Assembly: GCA_973851085.1 (NCBI GenBank)
Contig: OZ316775.1
Span: forward strand, 18,352,001 to 18,416,000
Reading direction: 5' to 3'
Length of the DNA stretch: 64,000 nt
From: Ptychomitrium polyphyllum
Lineage: Eukaryota
Positions 1 through 13,100 of this stretch are shown one piece after another; within the stretch, counting starts at the first letter, position 1, and each line of letters begins with the position of its first letter. A program made the translations under genes and the position numbers. Below the pieces are notes generated by a model. It was given only the letters and a program-made list of their open reading frames with translations, was not told the origin of the DNA and did not search any database.

Positions 1-52
1 CCTCCTTTCTTCCGAGCTAGAATTGCAAACTCATTGAGTTGTGTGTATCCAG

Positions 53-2207
53 GTGGCAAGATTTCCAGAGAAACATGTTCTGGATGGCTGTCGTGGGAGG
101 GGGCTTGATCCTTTCGCACATTATTTTGGTGTTGTTCCTCCGATGGCGAACAAGAGCGTCAGTACGAGGAGCCCTTATCATCCCCAGATTCGAGCTCTAT
201 TTCCTGATTCTTGCTATACCAGGTTTATGCCAGGCATCTGCATTTATTATCAGAGGTGGCACACCCATTGGCATTGTAGTGGGAGGCTTGCTACTCTCTG
301 TTTCGGCAGCCTTTCTCATATCTGTCCTGCTTTTCCTCGTCTATGGCGTGTTTTTGGGAGCGCTGGTGCAATACAAGGAATTCCGTTATGAAGTTCAAAG
401 ACACGGTTATATACAACCTCAGAAACCTCAGGGGCTTGTCAACCTTGTCGCTGGAACAGGATACCCTGGGAAGTGGGTCAGAAATAATCGTCTCTCACCC
501 ATGTTTCTGCCTCGCTATGGCTTAATTTTTGAGGACCACAAGGGTCCTCCAATTATCATTGTACATAAAAGGGTAGAGAATCTGAGATACAGCATCAAGC
601 GAGCTGGCAGCACGATGGAAAATCCTGACTCTGACGATGAGTCTAATGACGTCGTGGAGGTTTCTGACTCTCATCGGATTTTTGGAGATGCTCGAGCATC
701 TTATATTATTGTGGACCTTTCGAGGAGAATTGTTTTGGGGCTGATGTTCGGATTATACCCAGAGTCAGAGTACTCGTGGGGCCAAGTAGGTGTAGTCTTG
801 GGAGTATCTGTTGTTCAGTTCGTGTATCTTGTGACAGTAAAGCCCTTCAGGAGACGAGGAATACAAATGGTGGAGACAATATCCCTTCTCTGCGAAATGG
901 GAATCTTTGTAGTTGCCGTGGCTTTGCTTGTGAGACGACATCCCACAGTCTTAGATTATGGAGTAGGAATGTTCATGCTCGCGTTACTCGGCATCAGCTT
1001 CGCCGTCCAGATGGTTAATGAATGGTACGCACTTCTGGAGCAGCTGATGCGCCTCTCCACGGCCCCAGAACCTACCCTTAATGACGGGCTCAAAAGACTC
1101 GCAGGTCAGCTTCTTAATTCTTGCAATTTGCACTTGGTGCGTTTCGAGGTAAAATTACTTTTCTTGGTTATATGATTTATCACAAAGCCACGGGAGGAAA
1201 TTCTCATTGAAAAAAATGACGTATTACTACTCAGTCCTCATGAATCAGGACAAATAATCTTCGAAGTAGATATCTAGGTTCTCAAATTCACCATGAACTT
1301 CCTCTTAGCTACAACCGCAAAAACTGGGACTTCGAAAAATAAAAGGCCATACACTGACGTGATTTACTTTTACCATAGGTGGGTTGATTCTTCCATTCAC
1401 ACCACGCCGAATGTGGGCAAAGTTTATTGGTTCTCAAGCCCAACAACCTCCTCCTTCCGTGGCCATCTCCGACTCAAAACCATCTCAAAGCAGAAGTTCA
1501 ACGCAAGTGGGTTCACAGGCTTTACCTTTCCAAGGGAAACCATTTCCCCTTCCAAAGCCACTAGCTCTTCCTAATTCAGACACTCTGGCATCCAACTCCC
1601 GCAAGTTCGATCTTGAGCCTATTGCACAAATAGAGGCTTTTGATGTAGACAGCGGCCCACCGACTTCAATGGAGGAGATTCAAGTGGAATCATTGCCAAG
1701 GTCTGGTCGGCAATTAGCAGGACTGAAGGAAGAAGATTAAGAGGAAGCTCATCCAGGGAAGACAACAGCCAAGAGCTGAAGATGCTAAGAGAACTAGCAA
1801 GGGCAAGTTTCACCCGGCATCGGAGAGACGGTGATCACCACCATACAGAACAAAGATTTGGTCTACCTTGTGAAGGAGGAGCCGGTAGTTTGCTACATAT
1901 TTCTTCTCCAATTATGAGCCCGAGGGAGGTTGACGATTATCGTTATGTGCGGAGAAGGCAACTTCTGGGTATGCCTCATGCACGCTCTGATGCAGAGTCA
2001 ATCTCTGAGGCTACTTCGAATGGAGACAGTATCATTCTACAATCTGACGATCTCTTACGCGTTCCAGAAATTGCAAACCTCACCGATCCTCCTGTAATCT
2101 TTGCAACTCTCGACAAAAGCATCGTTAAAGGGTCGGGACAAGTCGAAAGTTATTCAATGAATTTGCTGGATACTGGCGGTGCTATCAGACCACTCGAAGA
2201 TCGCTGA
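53..2207 (+). CDS. 3' part of a multi-pass membrane protein gene (uncharacterised plant family, resembles Arabidopsis At3g48200-type proteins); 5' exons lie outside the window
   Basis: Exon 53-1104 follows ...tccAG and has several hydrophobic TM segments (MFWMAVVGGGLILSH, IPRFELYFLILAIPG, YGLIFEDHKGPP). GT-AG intron 1105-1378. The next exon from 1379 reads GGLILPFTPRRMW. The tail LKMLRELARASF...(to 2207) is in a different frame. Family resemblance is from memory, not a search. Confidence 0.7.
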
Positions 2208-3256
2208 GTTTCACTTCTTGCGAAACTAACTGCATCAAATCATAGTGTACTGTCTCGTTGATTGGCTTCAGCATCAACTTCAGCCGAGTCCGCACCTTGA
2301 ATCACCAAGTCTCCTCCAAGTTGGTCTTCTTCGTGCAGAGAAGAACCATTGACCTTCAAGGTGAAGTAGAGGTGGTGATTTCAGCGGCTCACCTAACAAG
2401 TGAAAGATCACTCCAGGACTATTTAATTATTTAATCCCTGAGTTCAATGAAAATTGGTAAGTGATCACATGATCATCACAGACCGCTCTGGTGCTATCGA
2501 CAACAGATGGAGTTTTTTTTTTTTTGGGTAGCAACATGCGAACCTGCGGAACTGTCTGGTCGTCAAGTGCCCTTCATCGATAAATTCTTTCTGGGTTAAA
2601 CGTCTTGCGTTTGTTCTACCACCTGTTTCTCGCTGTCTCATGACTGTACGATTATTTTGGAGTTACACATTGTCTCCATTAGTCTTTGAATATGACACGC
2701 TCTCATTGAGCCATTCTTCACTTCTTCTGGTCATTCTTCGTAAATTCTGCAGTCAATGGACAGATTTGCAAAATTAGCATGTGTCCTCGAGTATTTCTAT
2801 GTACCAACAGCAAAGCAGTTTTAATCGAACAAGAGATTCAATTAATATAATTTGAGCTCGCCAAATTAGGCATTTGATATTCCAATTTGAGCAAGAAAAT
2901 AATGGCCGTGTCTTTTAAACGGTTTCGGAAAACATTGTTGACTTTATCAACTTGCACATCTTTCTTACTATTTTAGTACAAAGAGGTGACCCATAATCCA
3001 CTTTCTGAATAAGAACATGAACATGATGTACATCTTTGTCACCACTCACACAGATGCACTAACCGAAAGTAATCAGAAACATCGCTTGCCAATGTTCCTC
3101 TGATTTCTCTATCGAACAGAAAGTATAAGAAAAGAATGAGCTTGCTCTCCTCAAATCTCTTTAGGCAAAGACTATAAACTCAAAGAATTTTAGATAAGAC
3201 GACGCCTTCTACTGTTGCATAATGAACAGAGGGCCTTCTGGTGCTGTATCCATCAC

Positions 3257-5387
3257 CTATATACCAGTACTCACGCACTGCTGCGTTCGGAATGAGGTTG
3301 GAGATAGCAGCTGCAAAATTAGATCTTCAAACCTGCGTGCGCCTAGCCCAGGGCGTAACAGACTATGATCTCCCCTCAAAGCACAGGGATCTGCTCCAGG
3401 TCTATTACCTATGCACCAACCTCCAGGGGTGAATCGGCCTTTCTTCCTATTCAAGAGTGTCTCATCAATTTCGTCTAGAACAGGGTCCCCAATATCAAAC
3501 TTTCGGGCAAATGCTGCACCACTACTTGTCATGTTTGGCATGTCGTCAAGGGTCAGAGACTTAGGGTGCTGTTTTGGAGGGGTGTCCCACTTGATGTAGT
3601 GCAGGTCATGATTCACAGTAGTGTTTCGAAACTCCTGACTGTTACAGAGTACTGTGTGGAAGTAGCCTTCTGGTGCTGATACAAAATTTGTGTAATACAT
3701 GAGCAGAGTTCTTGGAAGATTCTCCCAACCCACATTACAAAATTCCATGAACGAGCGTGTAAGTGCAAACCATGCCGAGCCTGTGTCAAGCAGACCAACA
3801 AAAAAATCTATTATCTCAAAAACTTGAGTACAAACATCATCCAAATCAACTCTCTCACTAACCGAACATTAGAGAAAAAGCACTCAGTAATAATATTACT
3901 TTGGTTATACTGTACCATTTTGGTCCTAACGATACTTTTATTGTCCTTGATGCTACAGGAAGGCGTCGTCACGCGGCTTCTTCGCAATGTGGTAAGCATC
4001 AGGATATCCATACATACGAAGCAAGCACGTTGCTTACAAGCTTTAGGAAGAGAAACTCTCTTCGACTCAAGGACAATACACACCTGTAAATAATCGAAAT
4101 GCAGTTGGCACAGCTCGCCTCTGTGTTGCCCAAAAAATGTCGGTTTTCTTGTTCTGATACAACCCAGGATCAATAATGATAGGCTTTGCTCTCTGGAACC
4201 TGGTCATAAATATACAAGCCTTGTGACTCGTTAGCACTATAAACAACCCATCATTTACAGAAGCTAGAAGATAAAACATCGCACTCCCCTTTAATCTGGT
4301 GTTCTCAACGACGGAGCTCAGACGACACAACCTGCTTGTGAACAACTTGTATAACCTAATCTATATCTCCTTGGTAATCGAATTCATAACTACCCATCAA
4401 TAACAGTTGACTACACGTACTCTTTCCAGCCAATGTCGCTGGTGTGCTCAATGAAATTTAAATCCTTCGGCAAGTAAGAAAAGACGTGAAGAAGATCTGC
4501 ATTCACAATATGGGCGTTTCAGTCGCCTATTCTCCTCACGACGGACTAAGGTACAATGTCACAAAGCTAATTGTACATCCGCATTTCTTCACCCTAACAG
4601 AACCTTTGCTGATAATTGATGACTATGTCTTCAAACCTTTAGCACCACATAGTCACGACCCAAAGGCTGAAAATCATCTAACAGGGATTAACCCTAATGA
4701 GCACATCACACTTTTCTGTGACAAAGCAAACTTGAGCCCAAGTCTTACATCAACAAGCCATTTGGAACTGAATTGCAAATGCTCTCAAACAAATGACATA
4801 CCATCTTGAGTTACAAGAGGATAATCAGCTGCACTCAAATTAATGAACCAGTCCCAGTCCTTTGCTTGCCGAAGCAAAATTGCGGCACCATGTAACGTCG
4901 CGGCAATCATGGTTGGGCCCCGATATGTCACAAGATTCGCTCTCCCAATAACATACACATTCCCATTCTGTTTGAACACAACTTCGTTCTTTACATACCG
5001 CGCCAGGTCCATGCGCTCTTTCATTGGAGCTTCAAGGTCCAGGTGAAGCAGGTAGTAGTTCCGAGGGTGATACAAAGCTTGCAACGTCCGTTGCATTCGT
5101 TTGCCGTCACCTTTTGTACCTGAAATCAAGTATGCCAACCTCGGAGGAGGCGGCAACTCTGCCGCAGGATCCGCAGCAACATTTTCGAGAGCGTTCTGAG
5201 AACGCACAGCGTCCCTAGGTGGCAAAAGTGGGACAATAGAGTGGCGCTCCCCAGATCCCACACTGAAAGTCGCCAGAACGAGGAGCACAACGGAGACTAA
5301 GGTGCTGGCTACAAGAGGAAACAGCCACTTGCGTTCCATCGTCGCCAACACAAATGGCACCTGGGTTATTTTCTTCAGCACATCCAT
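3257..5387 (-). CDS. GlcAT14: Glycosyltransferase family 14 (core-2/I-branching; beta-glucuronosyltransferase GlcAT14-like)
   Basis: Exons 5387(or 5339)-4802, 4496-4421, 4199-4084, 3780-3257 with GT-AG borders. Motifs PPRLAYLISGTKGD, ALYHPRNYYLLHLD, DWDWFINLSAADYPLVTQD, LNFIEHTSDIGWKE, LFTGSAWFALTRSF, PEGYFHTVLCN, FARKF. N-terminal signal anchor. The ORF stays open to 5693, so the start is uncertain. Confidence 0.92.
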
Positions 5388-7049
5388 GGCCTTTTGGTTC
5401 TTGAACGAGTACCTCACTCGTAGCGGATTGTCTCTCTGAGACGCCCTCATTGTCCCTCCTAGCATCAACAGTTTCCTCCTAGGTTTCACACAAAATCGAT
5501 CCCAAAATTCGTTCGCGGTGTTACTGCTTATCAGGGGTTCTAACCCACGTAGAGTTGCAGGATTCATAGCTTTCCAAGCTCCTGGTGATGGTAGAGCTAC
5601 ACATGGAGCTTTCACAGGCGGAGTATCCGTCACGCGAGCACTCAAACCCCTGCCCTTCCGCCCGAAGTGTTTACAGTAATCCATCGGCTCCACATTGTCA
5701 TCCTATCCCGTGAAACCCTCGAGACAAATCAAAGCACTGACGAAGCACCAAATCGAGCTTTCAAAGCCACAAATGCTATGAAAACTGTCAAAACGACCCC
5801 TAAACTACAGCTTCCGGTTCCAAAACGATCCCCAAAGACACACATACACCTCCCCCACAAAGCTCCATGCAGCACAAACACTCGTCATACCCATCAGCTC
5901 CACACTCTCCACCACACGAACAAGATTCTTGAACCAGCTGAAGAAACATCAGTATGCCAATTCACTCTTGACCAACTGTACTTCTGAAGCCACTTGAGTT
6001 TACATATAGATCGATCCCCACAATACATACAGGGCTCTTAAACATGCACACTCCAAGATGGAAATATCAGCATCAAAGACCAAGAATACGACTACAGGTC
6101 ACCGAACGCCCAAAAGCTCCCGAGAGGAAAGAACTCGCAAAGCTAAAAGCTTGGACCTTGAAACTGCATGCTCAAGCAGAGACAAATGACGAACTCAACC
6201 CAAGTGATTCTTGCCTGAAACTGAAGGGACGAGGAAGCTGGAAGAAAGGTAAAAAACTACGTCTCCAACAGGTGCCAACAACTGTACCAGCTTGAAGGTC
6301 GAGATCTAATCAATATTGTACCGTGTCTGTAAGTTACAATGTCACCTTCGAGCGGCAGCCACGAACCCAATGGAGGTCTTTTAGGTTGCAGAAACGCCCC
6401 GAAAACGGAACTTACGAAGCATGTGTAGAATGCGTGACACCATTCCTGAGCACTAATTGAATGAGGATTCAAATATTGAGTGACTGCAGAGGACCTTTTC
6501 TCCATTATTTCTTTTTTTACTTTTCTTTTCCTTTTCGTAGATCGGAAAGGCATTTCAGAGTGCACCAGAAGAAGTTTCACCAGTGATTGGGGACCACCGT
6601 GGGTTGAATCGAGGGCCAAGGTCACGGCATCCGTGCAGGAGGCTGAGTAGCTGAGGTCGAAGGCGACTCACTGGGACACTAAATCAATCGGAGTCAGTCA
6701 CGTGCTTGAGCTACAATTGCATGAAACGCAGCAGTCCTGGAGTGACACCAGCGCCACAGGACAGCCTACGTCAACACAAGTTGTTACTCCAACTGGTAAG
6801 TCATTAGATCCCAAGTTTTGGCCAAACGTAGCTTTCTACAGTTTGAGCTTCTATGAAGGCCAGAGTAAGGCCAATGGTTGCACATCACGCATAAAATTCA
6901 TGGATGGATCCTTCAACTGTAATCCACAATTGGTTGAGAGCTTGTACGACCTTGCCAAAAACAAGCAAAAAGTACACATACAGTAATACTGCATTAGAAA
7001 AAGGCTTGAGATAAAGTTTTGTTTGAATTGTTGTTGGTGGGTTTTGTAA

Positions 7050-7600
7050 TTGGCCTTGCTATTAAAGAATAAAGTCATAGATTACAATTAATTTAAAATA
7101 GTTTGTTGGTGAGTTTTTAATTCCAAAGAATGGTGTAAAGTGCATAAGGTAAAAAAAAGGATATATATTTGGATGAATGAAGTAATATAAAATTGCATGA
7201 TTGAGCCTTTTGAGGTGTGTATAGTTCCAAGATTGTGAATATAAATAATACATGGTAATGTCAATAAACACAATACATAAACATTGGATCTAAAACGGCA
7301 TATTATTCTTACTTGGATGGTCTTATATCATGATGAATCATATAAGAATGGTATTCCAATTTTTATCTAAGTACTAAACTTTGTAATGTCATATGATTTT
7401 GGTATTGGATACCAAGCCTTATTGCATGGAGGTACTATAATTTAGTTTGAGAAGTTTTCATCTATTTAATAAAAACTTCATATAAGTTGGCATGTTAGTA
7501 TCAATTATGGTTTAAATAAGGTATTAGGTGGAAAAGGTTTCTTGGATTGACATTTTTTATTAATGTAGTTTGTGTAAAAAAAAGTCCTTGTATAGGATTT
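7050..7600 (-). mobile_element. Highly degenerate Gypsy reverse-transcriptase remnant
   Basis: Minus-strand fragments resemble YPIP, HQVRI and VFIDD.L.YS in the order expected for RT. Many stops, AT-rich. Confidence 0.35.
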
Positions 7601-7879
7601 GCTTGAAAATAGTGATACAACCATTTAATACAACTTTTAGTTTCTTCATCAATTTGAACTATTGGCTTTTTCCCTTATAGAATAAAAATAACTTGATTAA
7701 AGTAATGTAATCTTTTCTTAATTTATAGATTTTTATGAAAAAGAAAGAAGAGGTATTGGAGAAATGAGCTATGTATATATTTAGATCCTAGCATAGAACA
7801 TGGTTTACAAGCAAAACTTGCACAATGGCTTACAAGTGACTATTATGGGCTTCTTCAAGCAACATAGGGCTGCAAATAA

Positions 7880-8913
7880 GTTATTAACTATTGCAAGGTT
7901 CCAATTCTTTGGAAACTTCTTGGGAAGGTTTTACCATCTTCAAAAATTTCTTTGCAAGGTTCTATAGACTTTTAAATCATTCTTAAGCCTTGAAAGAAGC
8001 TTCTTTAGAAGTATCCTAAGAGATACAAGTGTCATTGTATAAATAGAAGGCAAGACAAGGTATTCCTTAGTCTTGCCAATACAAGTTGTGCATCATATTG
8101 TAACTTGCCTTGTTATAGTCTTTGTATCAAATTCTTGTTAATCATTAGTTCTTTCAAAGCTTATTCTTAGAAAATAGTTTGTTTCTGTTTCTTGTTTCTT
8201 ATGTCCCTAACACTGTGGCAAGACTACTCTTCATCTTTGTCAGAGTTAAGGTTCTTTAAAGAAGATAGTGGATTATCCATCTTCTTTAATATCCCATAGT
8301 GTCTTAGAGGTTGCAAATTATCTTCCTTGAAGCTTACACCTTGAAGTTGGTTTCTTCTTCTAAACCTAAATACTACTTGTTTTTATAAATGATCAATCTT
8401 TGAAGGTATTCACAATCTTCTTCTCTTTAACAACCTTAAGTAAAGGATAACGTGCCTAGAACATCAAAGAATAGGTTTGCAACTATTGCAAACCTTCAAG
8501 AATTACTAAACACAATTCAAACGAAATTTGCTTGCTTCAACACCATCAATAATTTAAAGCAGCACACTTGGTAAGCTAAAGAATCCAATAATAATATTTA
8601 AAGTTTATATAAAAAGATTGTACAATTGTGAGAAGCCAAGATTAGAAGAGAAGGTTTATATTAAAACCATGTAAAGCCAAAGATTAGCATGCCAAACAAG
8701 TTTAATGGATCAAGATCAAAATCAAAAGGCTTTGCTCAATAAGTAAGGTTCTTTTTTAGTTTATAATAATCTTGCTATCCTGATGGTACTATTCATATGG
8801 GATTTGTAGCCAGTCTTCTATCAAACAATCATCTATTGTGGTTTGTAGTATTAATGGAGAAGCAGTCACCATTATTGAACACTTTAGATGCTTTCATAGA
8901 AATATTGACATGT
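7880..8913 (+). mobile_element. Tcn1-like chromovirus copy A: LTR (ends CTAACA at 8212), PBS-position TGGCAAGACT, degenerate gag; interrupted by the element at 8914 and resuming at 16678-16754
   Basis: Colinear with 41300-42310. The gag sequence continues after the TSD at 16673-16677. Left boundary approximate. Confidence 0.8.
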
Positions 8914-10058
8914 TGTCGCGCACCTCTCCTTGAGGAGTGCCCGCAACACTAAGGGCACAAGGGGGACCCCGAAGTAACGTCTTGGACTTGTGGCGCCGAT
9001 AGTGAGGAGAACCGAGTGGGCCTAACATGGGAAGGACCCCTAAGGGGAGAAACATCCTTGCCCATGTAAATCAAGGGCCATGAGGGATAAATCATGGGCA
9101 TTGAAGGAATCACAAAGAGCTAATTCTAGAATGCTAAGGATTGCCCAAATCGGACAAGGGAGCTAAAAGTTATGGCACCCCAAAGTTGGAGTTGCCAAGG
9201 GGCTGTTCTGGAGTGTGGCAGCCCTACACAGTGACTGTGCTGGAGTGGGATAGTCCACGGAGGGACTCCTCGGGAGTCCCGAACCTTGGAAGAGGCGTAT
9301 CTTCCGTAATACTAACTCAAATCGGACGTTTGAGGAGTCTATCGGCATCTACGCAAAGAGTAGATGACGATAGAGTGGTCGCTTGATACATTCGGGCACC
9401 AAATGAGGAAGATATGACGCCCTGAAGGTCCGCTGGGAGTCCCGGAGGCTTCCAGCGGCTAAGTCCCAAGGGGGATCGGGTGGTCTTCCAAAACTCTAGG
9501 TGTGTTGGGGTTCAGCTAGCTCCAAAGGGCCAGGGGGCTTGCCGAATCCCACAGAGAGTACTATAAGAGAGGGCTGGTCCCCCTCCCCACTCCCCTAGTG
9601 TCCCGGTAGAGACCAAGGGTGAGGCCCGGTTGGTGGAGCTAGTGTTTGGGCTTCACCATGGGGACTCCCACACCATTGTGAGCCGGTGGATGACCGGTTT
9701 CATGAAGGAAACTAGCACGTTCAAAAGGGTACGCTTGTTACCACTAAATTGAGGTGGTGTCTTCACGCCGGCACCATGATGGCCCGGGGTGATCTTAGGA
9801 TCACTTGGGCATCATGAGTGGTGGTGAGGAGACACCACTAAGTGCGGTTAGGCCGTGTGGAATGGGAGTAACACCAAGTGAGGCCTTGGACATGAATGGA
9901 AGTCCGCACCTAATCATTGGCTACTAATAAATTGGGTGTCCTAAGAGAAATGGTAGAAAGACTTGGAAAGTGAGAATGGATGTTAATCATGTGCATGTGA
10001 GGGTGTACAGGGTTGACGTGCGTGACGCTTGCTCAGGTGCATTGCAAGGGTTGCGACA
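8914..10058 (+). repeat. 5' LTR (1145 bp)
   Basis: TG...CA ends. Same length as, and no differences seen by eye from, 15528-16672. TATA-like TATAAG at ~9562. Confidence 0.97.
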
Positions 10059-10110
10059 TTTGGTATCAGAGCAGGCTTTGAGTATCCAAGTGCTACAGTG
10101 CGAGGAGGCG

Positions 10111-13100
10111 ATGGATAAGAAGAAAGCCGGTGGTGGCGGTGAGCCCAGGGCCTCTAAACGACCACGCACGAGGGTGAACAAAGACCCCGATCCGATTAAT
10201 GGGGCTCCATCCTTTGATTCCAATGAGCAAAGGAATGACATTGGAGTCACCGAGGAAGTTGAAGAAATTCAACAAGACGAAGCGTTGGAGGGTGGAGAAT
10301 ACTCAGGAGTTAGGATTCCTGAGCCACCTCAGGGCCTAGAGAGTGAGCACCTTGACTTAAGTTTTCGCATGAAAATGCTCGAGTTCATGGACGGTGTGAA
10401 CCAAGAACTCAAGCGTGGCAAAGAAGAAAGGACTCGTCAAGAGAGGTTGATTGAGCACTTGATGGCACAAAGTTCTAGGTCCTCATCTTCGACCAAGAAG
10501 TTGGCCAAGGTGAACATGCCAAGCACTTTTTCTGGGCTAGATAAGGCCAGAAAGGTGAAGGAGTTTCTTTTGAAAATGGACAACTATTATGATGTTCAAA
10601 AGCCGGAGGAGGTGGACAAAGTGTCAATTGCGGTGACCTTTTTGAAAGACCATGCTCTTCAATGGTGGACAAGTAAAAAGGAACAAGAGCCGGAGTTGGT
10701 GGCAACTTTGTCTTGGGTCAATTTTAAAGGGATCTTGAGTGAACGCTTCACTCCGGAATACCAAGAGTTGAGGGAGGGCATGAACTTGGTGCAAATGAGG
10801 CACACCGGGTCGCTCAAGACTTATAAGCGAGATTTCAACGCCCAAATGAATGCCACATTCAAAATGGATGAGTTTTCAAAGAAATGCATCTTTTTGGGTG
10901 GGCTTCAAAAGTGGGTGGTGGACGCCTTGTTCAAGTTCCCAAAGCTTCCGGAGGACGTGGCGGGAATCATTAAGATTGCGGAAAGAATTGAAGCCGACGG
11001 TTCCGAAAGAAAATCAAGTGGTCCCTCTCAACAAAGTGGATTGAGCCGAAATGTATCTCGCGGCGGAGAACGCAAGAAATTTGGCTTTGGAAACAAACAC
11101 AAGGGACAAGTAGATGGAAGGGCCTACAATAAAGTGGACCATCATGAAAGAAAACCATTCAAATCGGGAGATAAGAGTGCTAAGGTGAAGCACAAGCGTT
11201 GCCACGAGTGTGGCAAGATTGGTCACTTCATTGCGGAGTGCCCCGATAAAAAGGTGAGTACCAAAGCTTGTCACACTTGTGTTATAGATCACATTTTAGA
11301 AGGTGGATTTGTGGCCAAGGCTAGTAGCCTTAAGCCAACGTCGAGTCTCTTATACCTTGAGGCCCAAATAAATGGCAAAAATGTCTCATGTTTGATTGAC
11401 ACAGGGGCAACGCACTCCTTCATGAGTCCCAAGCTAGCAAGGGAGTTGGGCTTGTTGGCTCAAAATGCTAGCAAGCCCATCAACATGCGATTTGCAAAAG
11501 GCAAACCGTATAAGACGAAGGAGGTGGTGTTGGATGTGGCCTTAAGCAGTGGAACATTGGAATTGAAGGAAAGCTTTACACTATGTGAGATGGATGAGGT
11601 AGACCTCATTTTAGGTGATACCTTTTTCGAAACTCATGTGGTGGATGTGAAGCGAAAGCCAGCACAGTTAGTAGTGCGCCGTGGTGGGAAGGAGACAATA
11701 TTGAAGTTGACTAGGACTCCTATGGTTGCGGGAGGCAAGTTGAACTTACTCTCCTTAGAACAATTAGAGAATAATCAATTCATGGTTGTGATGCAAATGG
11801 AGCAAGAAGAGGGGAATAGGCCAAGTGCCAAGGAGGTTAGGACTATTCCCAAGTGCATTCAAAATGTACTAAGTGGTTACAAGGATGTGCTCACCAATGA
11901 GCTGCCCGCAGAGTTACTGCCAAGAAGAGAAGTGGATCACAAAATTGAAGTGATACCGGGAACAGAGCCCCCTTCTAAGGCTCCATACCGGTTGAACCAA
12001 AAAGAGCTAGAGGAGTTGAAGAAGCAATTGAATGACTTGTTGGAAAGAGGCTATGTTAGGCCAAGTAAGTTGTCATATGGAGCACCGGTCCTCTTTGTAG
12101 ACAAAAATGATGGCAAGCTCCGCATGTGTGTCGACTATAGAGCCTTGAATAAGGCCACCATCAAGAACAACTATCCTTTGTCTCGCATTGATGACCTCTT
12201 TGATAGATTGGCGAGAGCTAAATACTTTAGTCGGATAGACTTGAAGTCGGGCTACTATCAAATCCGCATTGCGGATGAAGATGTGCCAAAGACCGCATGC
12301 CGCACTAGGTATGGGTCCTATGAATTTTTGGTGATGCCATTCGGGTTGTGTAATGCTCCTTTGACGTTCACGACCCTCATGAATACCATCTTTCGAGAAG
12401 AGATGGATGACTTTGTCATTGTTTATATTGATGACATCTTGGTGTACTCCAAGTCGGCGGAGGAACATGTAAGACACCTTGAAGTGGTGCTTCAAAAACT
12501 TAGGGACCACAAACTTTATGCCAATGGAGAAAAGAGTGAGTTTGCTCAACTTGAGATTGAGTTCTTGGGCCATATAGTGACGGATGATGGAATCAAGCCG
12601 GACATAAGGAAGATAAAGGCAATTAGAGAGTGGAAACAACCTTCTACACAAAAGGGGCTGAGATCATTTCTTGGCCTAGCAAATTATTATAGGAGGTTCA
12701 TACGCAACTTCTCCAAAATTGCTAGACCTTTGTCCGACTTGTTGAAGAAAGGAGCTAGCCAAATATGGGATGGATTTTGTCACCAAGCTTTTCAAGAACT
12801 CAAGGATAAGTTGTCACAACCGCCGGTATTGAAGTTTCCCGAGTTTGAAAAGCCCTTTGAGGTCCACACGGATGCAAGTGACTTTGCCATTGGCGGAGTT
12901 CTCATGCAAGAAGGCATGCCAATTGCCTATGAGAGCAAGAAGTTGGATGGGTGCCAGAAGAGGTGGCCCACGCACGAGAAAGAACTCTTTGTGTAGTGCA
13001 TTGTTTGAAAACATGGCGGCACTACTTGGACCTACATAAAACCAAAGTCTACACGGACAATGTGTCCTTGAAGTACTTTGAGTCGTAGGCACAAATGAGT

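Noticed and set aside
5388..5693. 100-aa N-terminal extension of the GT14 protein
   Set aside because: Open in frame but not GT14-like, and it precedes the typical signal-anchor start; unsupported without transcript data.
9141..9386. Duplicated 81-aa and 61-aa ORFs (also 15755-16000)
   Set aside because: Incidental ORFs inside the two LTR copies.
9970..10110. N-terminal extension of the 1008-aa ORF
   Set aside because: It starts at a GTG inside the LTR and crosses the PBS; gag more plausibly starts at ATG 10111.
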